Source: Candidatus Arthromitus sp. SFB-rat-Yit | GTDB taxonomy: Bacteria; Bacillota; Clostridia; Clostridiales; Clostridiaceae | DNA length: 32,000 bases | Reading direction: 5' to 3' | Assembly (NCBI RefSeq): GCF_000283555.1 | Contig: NC_016012.1 | Location: forward strand, 1,080,001 to 1,112,000 | Shown here: positions 19,861-29,574 of the stretch, piece by piece | Position numbering within the stretch: the stretch's first letter is position 1 | Layout of the letters: every line of letters starts with the position of its first letter | Translations under genes and position numbers: made by a program | The notes under the pieces: model-generated | The model's input: only the letters and a program-made list of their open reading frames with translations | The model's database searches: none | What the model was told of the DNA's origin: nothing

Positions 19861-20092
19861 ATTTAATACTGAATAACTTTTAATCCTAAGGGACAAGATA
19901 ATAATAGTGCCATTTAAAGTTATAAGAATTAAATTTTATGTAGTGTTTTTAAAAACATCTTTATTTAATATAAAATTTAAGCACGTTGATTATATATTTA
20001 AACTGCATCTTATATTTTAAATGGCTGTATTAATTTTTTGTTGACTTTATACAAAATTAATATAATAATATCTCCATAAGGAGGAGGTTATT

Positions 20093-20179
20093 ATGTCAAA
20101 ATCTGCTATTTTCTTTCTTAGAAGATTATCATTTGCAATAATTTTCTTTTTACTTGGTTGCCTTTTAGGATATATCTAA
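20093..20179 (+). CDS. Candidate 28-aa hydrophobic peptide with a lipobox-like LLGC (speculative small ORF)
   Basis: Strong SD AAGGAGGAGG 6 nt before the ATG. Reads MSKSAIFFLRRLSFAIIFFLLGCLLGYI. TTGACT at 20041 could be a -35. Caveat: an AT-rich 10-bp hairpin plus T-run (20120-20151) lies inside it, and its stop overlaps the scpB stop. Confidence 0.3.
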   Translation: MSKSAIFFLRRLSFAIIFFLLGCLLGYI

Positions 20180-20727
20180 TCATCTAGTTCTACATCATCA
20201 AGAACTGGAAGTTCTTCTAATTTCTCAATCCCAAATTGCTTTAAAAAATTATCAGTCGTTCCATATAGAATTGGTCGACCTATGGCTTCAAGTCTACCGG
20301 ATTCTTTTATAAGATCCTTATCTAAAAGAGTTTGTATTGCTTTATCACTTCGCACACCTCTTATCTCTTCAATCTCAACTCTCGTTACAGGTTGTTTATA
20401 CGAAATTATAGATAATGTTTCTATAGCCGCTTGAGATAGAGATTGTCGTTGATTAGTTTTCAATAACCTAACTATGTATTTTTCATTCTCAGGTTTTGTC
20501 CCAAATTGGTATTTACCATCTATATTAAATACTTTTAATCCTCTATCAGAATTTTTATATAGAAGTTCAAATTCATCCATAAGAGATTTTACAAAGTCTT
20601 CCTTCTCTTCAAGAACATCGCTTATATCCTTCAAAGAAATCGGATCACCATATACAAATAACAATGATTCTATAACAGAGAAAAAATTATCTCTAACTGC
20701 TGTATCCAAAATAAACCTATCATTCAT
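20176..20727 (-). CDS. scpB: Segregation and condensation protein B
   Basis: IESLLFVYGDPISL and winged-helix repeats. ATG at 20727 overlaps the scpA stop (ATGAATGA) with GGAGA upstream; the longer ORF to 20763 is unlikely. Confidence 0.92.
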   Translation of the reverse strand: MNDRFILDTAVRDNFFSVIESLLFVYGDPISLKDISDVLEEKEDFVKSLMDEFELLYKNSDRGLKVFNIDGKYQFGTKPENEKYIVRLLKTNQRQSLSQAAIETLSIISYKQPVTRVEIEEIRGVRSDKAIQTLLDKDLIKESGRLEAIGRPILYGTTDNFLKQFGIEKLEELPVLDDVELDD

Positions 20728-21478
20728 CTTCACTTTCTCCATATTCCAAGCTATTTTTTTCAAGTATAATGTCTGTAAATTTACCTACTTGTATAATTTT
20801 AAAATAATTTTGCTTAACAAGCTCAAGTATTGCAATAAAAATAATAATTATCTCAACCTTATCAACACACGGCTTAACTATTTCATTAAATCTCAAAACA
20901 GATTCTGATGTATTTTTTAAGTCTTTTATCTTATCATCAACCCTGAACTTATCCAAATAAATATTAGTTTGTATTGGATTTGAATCATTCTGTTTTTCTA
21001 TATAAGAATTAATCAATTTCTTATACTTATCATAGAAATATAAAATATCAATATCTTTAAATATTTGATTTAAATCAATTGCCTCTTCTTTAGGCTGATC
21101 AATTATTTCTGGCTTTTTAAAATATGTATTACCCTGACCTTTATATTTAGATAGCAATACCTCTGATACTTTTTTAAATTTTTTATACTCTATGAGCCTA
21201 TCAAACAATAAATTTTCTGATGTTTCTTCCTCTTGTTCTTCAACTTTATTTAATTTTTCTGGAATAAGTTTTCGAGATTTTATTTCAATAAGTGTAGCCG
21301 CCATAACAATAAATTCTGACGCAATATCAAGGTCAAATTCTTTCATTTTATCTATGTACTCTATATATTGAATGGTTATATCATAGATATTTATATTGTA
21401 AATACTCATTTTATTTTTTGTAATAAGATGAAGTAGCAGATCAAATGGTCCTTCAAAATTTTCAATTTTTATATCCAT
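20720..21478 (-). CDS. scpA: Segregation and condensation protein A (kleisin)
   Basis: N-terminal FEGPFDLLLHLI motif, 252 aa, immediately upstream of scpB. Confidence 0.93.
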   Translation of the reverse strand: MDIKIENFEGPFDLLLHLITKNKMSIYNINIYDITIQYIEYIDKMKEFDLDIASEFIVMAATLIEIKSRKLIPEKLNKVEEQEEETSENLLFDRLIEYKKFKKVSEVLLSKYKGQGNTYFKKPEIIDQPKEEAIDLNQIFKDIDILYFYDKYKKLINSYIEKQNDSNPIQTNIYLDKFRVDDKIKDLKNTSESVLRFNEIVKPCVDKVEIIIIFIAILELVKQNYFKIIQVGKFTDIILEKNSLEYGESEDE

Positions 21479-21564
21479 TACTTAATACCCAATAATTTTA
21501 AAATTTTATTTAATTAAATACTATCACATATGCTCATATCGAGTAAATTCTCCAAAATATATAA

Positions 21565-22746
21565 CTAATTAATTTTTTCGAGTTCTTTAAAAGTCAAAAG
21601 CTTGTCCCTATAATATTCATATTGTTTCCTCCTCGCTTCAATCTCTGCAGGGAGTCCTTCAGTTAAATCGTTACAAAGCTTATCAAATTTATCGAGGATT
21701 GAAACTATTCTTTCTTGTTCTTCTAATGGTGGGAGTGGTAGCACTAATCCTTTAACAATATTGGCATTTAAATTTTGAACGGCTCCACCAAAAGATGCCT
21801 TTTTCTTCATCTCATTTTGATAAATATTTGAATTCAACAAATAGTATAAAAAATCTGTTAAATAATAATTGGAAAAGTTACTTATTATAAGCCAACCATC
21901 ATGAACGCATCCATTTATTTTCAAAATATAAGGTCTTCCAAAACTCATAGAGTTAGATAAAATAAGATCGCCTTTTTTAACAAACCGAGATTTTTCAGCA
22001 CCTTCTTTAGTAATTCTTTCTTCTGAACAAGTTATATATTTTTCACCTATCTTTACATCACCAATTTTAATCCAATTAACTCCACTAGAATCTGTCGTTA
22101 TAAATTCCCTTATCGGTCTTGGTGAAGCTCCGCGAAAAATAGTAGCACATTCTCCAAACTGTTTCCACTCAACCCCATCACCAAACATAAGCAATTTATC
22201 TCTATAATACTCATACTGTTTCCTTCTTGCTGTAAGCTCTGCTGTAAGCTCTTCTGTAAGATTTGTAAACAAATCTAAAATATGTACAATCTCTTCTTGA
22301 AGCTCTAACGGGGGTATTGGAATTTTAAATTTTGAATATTTACCTATCCATTGCCTTGTATGATCATTGTTTGAATATCCTATATTTTTCATACAATGAT
22401 AAATAAATCTAAAATTTATACTATCTTTGGATTTAGGTGTTAACATTTTCATAGCAGATGATTTTATTTTAAATACAAAATCCACCCAATGAAATGAAGC
22501 TGTAAAATCATCAAATATAATTACTGGTTTATCTTTACTAGATTTATACAATCCATCTTTTTCATTTGTGTATCCTAAAACAAATGATTGCCCTGCTGTT
22601 AAAACTGGAATATCATATTTATCACTATACTCTGTGGATTTTACTATATATTTTGTAGGTTGTTCATAATCTAAAAACTCCCCAATCTCTTTCCACTCAA
22701 CTCCATCAGGACAAAGTTCTTTTATCAATTTATCAAATTTGCCCAT
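21565..22746 (-). CDS. hsdS: Type I restriction-modification specificity subunit HsdS (two target-recognition domains), solitary
   Basis: Two TRDs, each starting with GVEWK..G. Each is followed by a conserved helical spacer ending ARRKQYEYYRDKLL (nt 22189-22230 and 21595-21636). Start set at MGKFDKL (ATG 22746), with GGGGTGA upstream. Confidence 0.9.
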   Translation of the reverse strand: MGKFDKLIKELCPDGVEWKEIGEFLDYEQPTKYIVKSTEYSDKYDIPVLTAGQSFVLGYTNEKDGLYKSSKDKPVIIFDDFTASFHWVDFVFKIKSSAMKMLTPKSKDSINFRFIYHCMKNIGYSNNDHTRQWIGKYSKFKIPIPPLELQEEIVHILDLFTNLTEELTAELTARRKQYEYYRDKLLMFGDGVEWKQFGECATIFRGASPRPIREFITTDSSGVNWIKIGDVKIGEKYITCSEERITKEGAEKSRFVKKGDLILSNSMSFGRPYILKINGCVHDGWLIISNFSNYYLTDFLYYLLNSNIYQNEMKKKASFGGAVQNLNANIVKGLVLPLPPLEEQERIVSILDKFDKLCNDLTEGLPAEIEARRKQYEYYRDKLLTFKELEKIN

Positions 22747-22830
22747 CTTTTTTTCACCCCTAACACACTCAAGATTAAGCACATTATATTATTATAACTA
22801 TACATTAATAAAAATTGATACCAAAATAAC

Positions 22831-22861
22831 AAAAAAGGATAGCTAATTGACTATCCTTTTT
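22831..22861 (-). terminator. Rho-independent terminator after the DD-carboxypeptidase gene (bidirectional-looking)
   Basis: AAAAAGGATAG-(8 nt)-CTATCCTTTTTT on the minus strand, with A-run and T-run flanks on both sides. Confidence 0.7.
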
Positions 22862-22887
22862 CCATTAAACTTCTATATTCTAAAAGT

Positions 22888-24060
22888 TTAATTGGTACTT
22901 TCTTCCTTATTATCTTTCTTAAAAATTGATAATATATTATCAAATATACTACTATTTTTCATATCACGATCGCTATATACTTCAACTCTTCCTACTTCTT
23001 TTCCATCAATTAAATATATAACTGTTCCCATAATATCGCCCTGTTTAATGTTCTTTTTATTCTTACTTATATCAAGTTTTGTTGATATTTTAAGGTCATT
23101 TGTTTTTTCAACAACTAAACTAAGTGATTGTGCTGCCTTTAAAATTATAAATTTATCCTTATCATTTCCTAATTGAAATTTAGAAACCTCAGAATCTTTT
23201 TGTACTACTTCTTTTCTCTCAAACAATGAAAATCCATAATTTAAAAGCATACTTGCATCTCTGTTTCTTATCTTATAAGTAGGTGCTCCCATTATTATAC
23301 ATAGCATTCTAACCCCACTTCTTTGTGCTGTCGCAGAAATACAATATTTTGCCTCATTAGTAAATCCAGTTTTTAATCCATCACATCCATTAAAAAATCT
23401 AACAAGTTTATTGTGATTAACAAGTTCTATTGGAGTTTTTCTATTTGTTGAAATCGTTTCCATATATGTACCACTATATTTCAATATAGTTTCATGCTTC
23501 AATAATTCTCTTGACATAATTGAAATATCATAAGCCGTAGTTAAATGATTTTCTGTTGGAAGTCCTGTAGGATTCTGAAATGTTGTATCTTTCATACCAA
23601 GCTCTTTTGCCCTATCATTCATCTTGTTAACAAAATTTTCAACCGATCCACCTAAATATTCAGCAAGTGCAACAGCTGCATCATTGCCGGATGCTATAGC
23701 AACACCTTTTAATAACTCCTCAACAGTTCTAAGCTCACCAGCTTCTAAAAGCATAGTGCTTCCACCCATTTTCTGAGCATTCTCTGTAACTGTAACTACA
23801 TCATCTAGTTTTATTCTTCCACTATCAATAGCTTCCATTGTCAAAAGCATTGTCATTATTTTTGTAACTGATGCTGGAGCAAACTTTTCTCTTGAATTTT
23901 TATCAAATATGATTTTTCCAGTTTCAACTTCCATTAATATAGCCGAACGTGCCTCAACATCTGTTCCATTATTATTAGTATCATTTATAGCATAAACTGG
24001 CAAACAACCAACTATAAAGGAAAATAACACACCAAATAAAACCGATTTAAATATTCTCAT
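22888..24060 (-). CDS. D-alanyl-D-alanine carboxypeptidase (PBP5 family, DacB/DacF-like)
   Basis: Signal peptide, SxxK (SVTK), SxN (SGN) and KTG motifs, and a C-terminal PBP5 domain. Start set at MRIFKSV (ATG 24060), with AGGGAGGA upstream. Confidence 0.92.
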   Translation of the reverse strand: MRIFKSVLFGVLFSFIVGCLPVYAINDTNNNGTDVEARSAILMEVETGKIIFDKNSREKFAPASVTKIMTMLLTMEAIDSGRIKLDDVVTVTENAQKMGGSTMLLEAGELRTVEELLKGVAIASGNDAAVALAEYLGGSVENFVNKMNDRAKELGMKDTTFQNPTGLPTENHLTTAYDISIMSRELLKHETILKYSGTYMETISTNRKTPIELVNHNKLVRFFNGCDGLKTGFTNEAKYCISATAQRSGVRMLCIIMGAPTYKIRNRDASMLLNYGFSLFERKEVVQKDSEVSKFQLGNDKDKFIILKAAQSLSLVVEKTNDLKISTKLDISKNKKNIKQGDIMGTVIYLIDGKEVGRVEVYSDRDMKNSSIFDNILSIFKKDNKEESTN

Positions 24061-24150
24061 GAATATCCTCCCTTTGATATAAAAAAATAACCATACAAAT
24101 ATAATCACCAATTTTTGTGAAAATATTTAGTACAGTTATAATGTTCAATA

Positions 24151-25455
24151 TTATTTTATAATTCTATATATTAATTCACCTTTAGTTTGCTTTTGTTTTG
24201 AAATATTAATATTTTTATCAAGTTGCTCAATTATCATATTAATATCTTTATAACCATTATGATGAATTTGACATATTACATCCCCAACTTTAACATAATC
24301 AGAAACCTTTTTCTCAAAAATAAGTCCAACTGATGAATCAATAACACTTTCCTTTGTTTCTCTTCCTGCCCCTAAAAGCATTGCTATTTTTCCTATCTCC
24401 TGTGCATTTATAGAACCTATATATCCATCTTCTTTTGCAACAAAAGTATTAATCCTGCTAGCTTTTTTATATTCAGAAATATTATCTATTATAGATAAAT
24501 CTCCCCCTTGGCACTCTATCCACTCTCTAAACTTCCTATAAGCACTTCCATCATTTATACTTTTTAAGACAATCTCCCTAGCATCATCTATTGAATTTGC
24601 TTTCTTACCTAAATAAACCATAATAGAAGATATAGTTAAACATACCTCTAATAAATCTTTTGGACCATTTCCTTTTAAAACTTCAATAGCCTCTCTAACT
24701 TCAATAATATTTCCAATCCCAAAACCAAGTGGCTCATCCATCCCAGATATTATACAAATAGTTCTTTTATTCAAATTTCTCCCAATATCAACCATGGTTT
24801 TTGCCAAAATTTCAGCATCTTCAATAGTTTTCATAAAAGCTCCACTTCCAACCTTTATATCAAGAACTATAGCATCAGCTCCCGATGCTATTTTTTTACT
24901 CATTATGCTAGCTGCAATTAACGAAATATTATCAACAGTTGATGTTACATCACGAAGAGCATATATTTTTTTATCTGCTGGAGCTAATGCATCTGTTTGA
25001 CCACAAACAACAATTCCATGATCTCTAACATGAGATTTAAATTCATCAATAGTCATATTTGTCTTAAATCCTTCTATAGACTCAAGCTTATCAATCGTAC
25101 CTCCAGTAAAACCGAGACCCCTACCGCTCATCTTTGCAACTGGTATTTTACAAGATGCAACTATAGGAGCAACAACCAAAGAAACCTTATCCCCAACTCC
25201 ACCAGTTGAATGCTTATCAACTTTAATTCCTTCTATATCACTAAGATCCAAAACTTTTCCAGAATACGCCATAGAAAGAGTTAAATTTGCAGTTTCCTCA
25301 GGTGTCATTTTATTTATAAACATAGCCATAATAAGTGCCGATGCTTGATAATCTGGAATATTCCCATTTGTATACTCATCTACAAAATACTTTATCTCTT
25401 CCTTTGATAATTCTAATCCTTTTTTCTTTTTATCAATAATATCTAAAATTCTCAT
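24151..25455 (-). CDS. pdp: Pyrimidine-nucleoside (thymidine) phosphorylase
   Basis: 434 aa with the DKHSTGGVGDK motif and the family-typical N-terminus MRILDIIDKKKKG..LSKEEI. Confidence 0.95.
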   Translation of the reverse strand: MRILDIIDKKKKGLELSKEEIKYFVDEYTNGNIPDYQASALIMAMFINKMTPEETANLTLSMAYSGKVLDLSDIEGIKVDKHSTGGVGDKVSLVVAPIVASCKIPVAKMSGRGLGFTGGTIDKLESIEGFKTNMTIDEFKSHVRDHGIVVCGQTDALAPADKKIYALRDVTSTVDNISLIAASIMSKKIASGADAIVLDIKVGSGAFMKTIEDAEILAKTMVDIGRNLNKRTICIISGMDEPLGFGIGNIIEVREAIEVLKGNGPKDLLEVCLTISSIMVYLGKKANSIDDAREIVLKSINDGSAYRKFREWIECQGGDLSIIDNISEYKKASRINTFVAKEDGYIGSINAQEIGKIAMLLGAGRETKESVIDSSVGLIFEKKVSDYVKVGDVICQIHHNGYKDINMIIEQLDKNINISKQKQTKGELIYRIIK

Positions 25456-25474
25456 AACGTCACCCTAAAAATTA

Positions 25475-26638
25475 CTATAAAATATCATCTTTAAAACTTT
25501 TTCCATGCAAATCATTATCTATTGAAAATAAATCTAAAATTGTCTTTCCTATATCAGTAAAACTTTCCCTACACCCTAGATCTGAAGCCTTTATATTTTT
25601 ACTATAAACAATCAATGGAATTTGTTCTCTTGTATGATCAGTTCCAGGCGTTGTTGGATCACACCCATGATCTGCCGTCAATATTAATAAATCATCTTCT
25701 CTCATGTTATCAATTATCTCAGGTAACTTCGAATCAAATTCTGATATAGCTCTAGCATATCCTTCAACATCATTTCTATGGCCATACATCATATCAAAAT
25801 CTACCAAATTGGTAAATATAAGACCATTAAAATCCTTTTTCATCAATTCAATCGTCTTATTAATCCCATCAAGATTATTTACAGTTTTAAATTTATCCGT
25901 AATTCCAAACCCATTAAAAATATCATTTATTTTACCTACACTTATAACATCTTTTCCATTTTCCTTCAAATAATCAAGCATCGTCTTTCCAGGTGGATCT
26001 ATAGCATAATCGTGCCTATTTGGAGTTCTTTTAAATGAAGAAACATCTCCGATAAAAGGTCTAGCTATTACTCTTCCTACCAAATCATCTCCAACAAGCA
26101 TCTCTCTTGCAATCTCACACATTCTATAAAGCTCCTCAAGAGGTATAATTTCTTCATGAGCTGCAATTTGAAAAACAGAATCTGCAGAAGTATATAAAAT
26201 AGGACTTCCCGTTTCCATATGTTCCTTCCCAAGTCTATCTATAATTTCAGTCCCTGAAGCAACACAATTTCCTATAACTTTTCTTCCTATCTTACTTTCA
26301 AACTCATCTATAATTTTTTTAGGAAATCCATTTGGAAAAGTTCTTAATGGAATCTTTGTAACAACTCCAGCTATTTCCAAGTGTCCCGTAATAGTATCTT
26401 TCCCACGTGATAATTCATTACACACACCAACAGATGCTATTTTGTTTTCTTCCTTACTTAACTTTAAAGATTCTATCCTACCCAAACCTAGTTTCTTAAA
26501 ATTTTCTATTGATATAGAACTCGACTTTTCAATAACATTTTTAAATGTATTACATCCATTATCTCCATACTCATGAGAATCATGCATCTCACCAACACCT
26601 AAACTATCCAAAATTATTAAAATAACTCTTTTTATCAC
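25475..26638 (-). CDS. deoB: Phosphopentomutase
   Basis: LDSLGVGE metal-binding N-terminus and TADHGCDPT near the C-terminus. GTG start with AAGGGGG upstream. Confidence 0.94.
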   Translation of the reverse strand: MIKRVILIILDSLGVGEMHDSHEYGDNGCNTFKNVIEKSSSISIENFKKLGLGRIESLKLSKEENKIASVGVCNELSRGKDTITGHLEIAGVVTKIPLRTFPNGFPKKIIDEFESKIGRKVIGNCVASGTEIIDRLGKEHMETGSPILYTSADSVFQIAAHEEIIPLEELYRMCEIAREMLVGDDLVGRVIARPFIGDVSSFKRTPNRHDYAIDPPGKTMLDYLKENGKDVISVGKINDIFNGFGITDKFKTVNNLDGINKTIELMKKDFNGLIFTNLVDFDMMYGHRNDVEGYARAISEFDSKLPEIIDNMREDDLLILTADHGCDPTTPGTDHTREQIPLIVYSKNIKASDLGCRESFTDIGKTILDLFSIDNDLHGKSFKDDIL

Positions 26639-26659
26639 AAACGTTAACCCCCTTACAAT

Positions 26660-27277
26660 TTAAAATATCAATTTTATTATAAATGGTGTTATCAAACATT
26701 TAAACAACAAAGCAATTAAAACACTAAATATTATAAACAAAATTAAAAATCTTAAAGTGATTGATTTATCATTTTCAGAAAATCTTCCCCTAAATCTCGT
26801 TCTAGATATTCCACGTGATATACTCTTAACACATAACAATATATACAAAAAAATAATCAACATATTAGGCAACATTATAGTAAAAATAGTTAACAATACA
26901 CCCTTAAGTTGAAAATTAGTTAATAAAAATGTTGTCGTAAATCCTAAAGCAAATCCCTTCAAAGACAAAGTAACCAAACTTAATGGACAAAAAATAATAT
27001 TAGCACTAAACAACACAAAAATAATTATAGGCACAATAAGCATGATCGAACTTAACCTAAAATTACTTAAATAACTAAATTCACCTTCTTTAATCACGTT
27101 CATATACTCTATAAAATCATTTTTAATATATGTAACAAGTTCAGAATCTAAATATGTAAATAAATAAACTCCAATCAAAAATCCACATAACAAAAATAAT
27201 AAAACCATCATATAAATGATAAAATTTTTATTATAACTGTCTTTTAACCCAACCGTTAGCGTTCTACTCTTTACCAT
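26660..27277 (-). CDS. spoIIM: Stage II sporulation protein M-like integral membrane protein
   Basis: 205 aa polytopic membrane protein, with LKGFALGF in the conserved SpoIIM/DUF95 region. Its position next to deoB/pdp recalls the arrangement in other Firmicutes. Confidence 0.7.
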   Translation of the reverse strand: MVKSRTLTVGLKDSYNKNFIIYMMVLLFLLCGFLIGVYLFTYLDSELVTYIKNDFIEYMNVIKEGEFSYLSNFRLSSIMLIVPIIIFVLFSANIIFCPLSLVTLSLKGFALGFTTTFLLTNFQLKGVLLTIFTIMLPNMLIIFLYILLCVKSISRGISRTRFRGRFSENDKSITLRFLILFIIFSVLIALLFKCLITPFIIKLIF

Positions 27278-27301
27278 ATTTTCTCATCCCCCTTTATTAA
27301 A

Positions 27302-27329
27302 TAAGTATGAGAAAAATTTTTTTATATTC
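27302..27329 (-). promoter_or_regulatory. Candidate sigma-E-type sporulation promoter of spoIIM
   Basis: Minus strand reads GAATATA-N13-CATACTTA, resembling the sigma-E consensus (ATATT ... CATACA-T). It ends 25 nt upstream of the spoIIM ATG. Confidence 0.35.
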
Positions 27330-27346
27330 TATTAAAAAAATAAATT

Positions 27347-27898
27347 TTAAAACATTTTATTTTTTTGTTTTTTCATAATTTCAAATAATTTTATGCCTGT
27401 TATAGTCTTACTATCTATTATTTCGCCTTTTGATATCATGAGATTTATTTCATCAAGTGTAAACTCATGCACATTTATAAATTCATCTTCATCTCCCCCC
27501 TTTAATCCTTGACTTAAATTATCCGCATAATAAAAATACATCATCTCATCACAAAACCCTGGAGTCATTGCACTTTTACCTAAAAACTCAACATCTTTCG
27601 ATGTATATCCAGTTTCCTCTTCAAGTTCTCTTCTTGCACATTCAACTGGATCTTCATTTATTTCAAGTTTTCCAGCAGGAATCTCAAATAAAACTTTATC
27701 AATAGGTTTTCTAAATTGTTCAACAAATAATATTTTTTCATTTTTTGTTAATGCAATCAAAGCTACTGCTCCACAATGTCTTACAATCTCCCTCGTTGAT
27801 TTATTCCCATCTGGAAGCAATACCTCCAATTTCTCAACTGTGAAAAAACTCCCATTGTATATTTCCTTTGTTGATAATGTCTTTTCAAACAAATCCAT
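27347..27898 (-). CDS. nudF: ADP-ribose pyrophosphatase (Nudix hydrolase)
   Basis: Nudix box GKLEINEDPVECARRELEEETGY. Start set at MDLFEKT (ATG 27898), with GGAGGGAAA upstream. Confidence 0.88.
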   Translation of the reverse strand: MDLFEKTLSTKEIYNGSFFTVEKLEVLLPDGNKSTREIVRHCGAVALIALTKNEKILFVEQFRKPIDKVLFEIPAGKLEINEDPVECARRELEEETGYTSKDVEFLGKSAMTPGFCDEMMYFYYADNLSQGLKGGDEDEFINVHEFTLDEINLMISKGEIIDSKTITGIKLFEIMKKQKNKMF

Positions 27899-28009
27899 AC
27901 ATTTCCCTCCTATAGTAAAATTAAATAACGATAATAATAATAACACAAATAAGACACACCTTCTAAAAGATATATTAAATAATGACTATCACTTCAATTT
28001 TTTAAATAA

Positions 28010-28038
28010 TTGAAAAAAATTTTTTAATGTGGTAGACT
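28010..28038 (+). promoter_or_regulatory. Candidate sigma-A promoter of the first lipoprotein gene
   Basis: TTGAAA-N17-TAGACT with a TG extension (TGGTAGACT), about 50 nt upstream of the ATG at 28090. Confidence 0.45.
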
Positions 28039-28089
28039 TACCTAATTAACCATTTTAAAACGATAAATAATTTAAAAAGGAGATACTAA

Positions 28090-29487
28090 ATGTTAAAAAC
28101 ATTTTTAAAGCGTTCTTTAAAATACGCTTCTTTTTCATTACTAACAATAATTGTTTTATCAGGATGTTCAAACAACGCTAAGCCAAACAATAACACTGCA
28201 AACACTACACAAACACAAAACACCAAAGAAGAAACTACAAATTTTGATGAAATATCAAACAAATTTATAAGCCAAATTGAAGAAAAAATCGTTAAAAATT
28301 GGCCTAACTTAAATAAAATATGGCCAGATTTAGATTTTTCAAATAATAACACTGTAATATTTTTACTGGGAAATGATGGAAAAGCTATTAAGGCGTGGGC
28401 TATAGATATTTCAGGAAAAAAAGAATTGTCTTCCTCTGAATATTCAAAATTAAATTATCCTGATGCAAATGGATTCTCTAAGGATACTTTCAATGGTAAA
28501 GATTCAATATTCGTATCTTTATCAGCTGTAAATAATGAAATTAAAGAAATTATTGATACGTATGAATATGCAACTCATGAATTAATTCACGCATATCATC
28601 AGCCAAAAGATTATATAGAAGGATCTCGAAATCAAAAATATCCTATTGAATATGAGCCAAGAATTTATAGGACTATGATATATAGAAACTTATCAAATGC
28701 CCTCACAGCAGATGATGATAATATTTCAAAAAATCACATACAGAAGGCAGCTTACTGGTTTAACAAATGGAAAAATGAATATCCAAATGAATACGAAGAT
28801 ATTAGAACAACAGATATATTTGAGGGACATGCACAGTATGTAGCTAAACTCGCTGATCTTACAAACAAGGATAAAATTACTAAAGAAGATTTTAGTAAAA
28901 AGATAAATCCAAACGCTATCTTAACAAATTTAGGGACAGATAGTTATGATTTAGGTTTTGTTGCTCTTGCTCTTTTAGATAGAAATGATCCAAATTTTAA
29001 AAATGATTTCTTTAAATTACAAAAATCTCCAATTGAATTACTTCTTGAAAATGTTACTCCAGTTGAAGATATTGCAGACGAAAATTTATCAACTGAAATA
29101 AAGAAACAAATCGATAAAGTAAATAGTGAAACTAAAACATTTATCGAAAATATTTTAACATCTTTAAATGATAAAAGTATACCTTACTTAAAAGTTAATT
29201 CAGATTATATTGAAGGAAGTATTGGAGTAGCTGGATTCTATTCATACAATGACCTTGAAATTTTTTCAAAGTTTTCCGCAAAATATAATCAAGATTCATC
29301 AAACTCTTTAAGCGTTAATGAATTGAGTATTATTACAAACCCAAATAATAAAGTGGATATAATTCCTTTAACAGAAAAATTTGAAATCAATGGAGATACC
29401 TTAACTTTAAAAGGTAAAAATTTAAATGGAACTCTTAAAGTAACTACTTCTATTGAAGATGGAAGAACAGTTTATATAGCAAAGTAA
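28090..29487 (+). CDS. Lipoprotein with HExxH motif (putative surface-tethered zinc metallopeptidase-like protein), paralog 1
   Basis: Signal peptide with lipobox LSGC (Cys26), then a Thr/Asn/Gln-rich tether. HELIH at 28576-28590, followed about 80 residues later by DIFEGHAQY. SD AAAGGAGA. Confidence 0.85.
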   Translation: MLKTFLKRSLKYASFSLLTIIVLSGCSNNAKPNNNTANTTQTQNTKEETTNFDEISNKFISQIEEKIVKNWPNLNKIWPDLDFSNNNTVIFLLGNDGKAIKAWAIDISGKKELSSSEYSKLNYPDANGFSKDTFNGKDSIFVSLSAVNNEIKEIIDTYEYATHELIHAYHQPKDYIEGSRNQKYPIEYEPRIYRTMIYRNLSNALTADDDNISKNHIQKAAYWFNKWKNEYPNEYEDIRTTDIFEGHAQYVAKLADLTNKDKITKEDFSKKINPNAILTNLGTDSYDLGFVALALLDRNDPNFKNDFFKLQKSPIELLLENVTPVEDIADENLSTEIKKQIDKVNSETKTFIENILTSLNDKSIPYLKVNSDYIEGSIGVAGFYSYNDLEIFSKFSAKYNQDSSNSLSVNELSIITNPNNKVDIIPLTEKFEINGDTLTLKGKNLNGTLKVTTSIEDGRTVYIAK

Positions 29488-29527
29488 TTTTGGATATTCC
29501 AAAATTACTTTGAAAAAAAAGTTTTTT
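29480..29527 (+). terminator. Hairpin overlapping the stop of lipoprotein paralog 1 (candidate terminator or attenuating structure)
   Basis: CAAAGTAATTTTGGA-TAT-TCCAAAATTACTTTG (15-bp perfect stem, 29480-29512) followed by A8-G-T6. Confidence 0.5.
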
Positions 29528-29574
29528 GGTGTTAAAATTTAATAAATATTTAAATAAAGAATAAGGTGAAAAAT

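Noticed and set aside
20093-20179. Reading the small peptide as an AgrD-like autoinducer precursor (Cys followed by four residues near the C-terminus)
   Set aside because: There is no agrB/agrC/agrA nearby, and no charged C-terminal recognition tail after the putative ring. The resemblance rests on a single Cys.
28086-28352. 88-aa minus-strand ORF antisense to the 5' end of lipoprotein paralog 1. A matching antisense ORF also exists over paralog 2, which made it look conserved.
   Set aside because: The apparent conservation is a by-product of the paralogy of the sense genes and of their ACA/AAC-rich tether region, which reads as Val/Cys/Phe on the antisense strand. It has no SD. The sense frames have signal peptides, lipoboxes and long conserved blocks.
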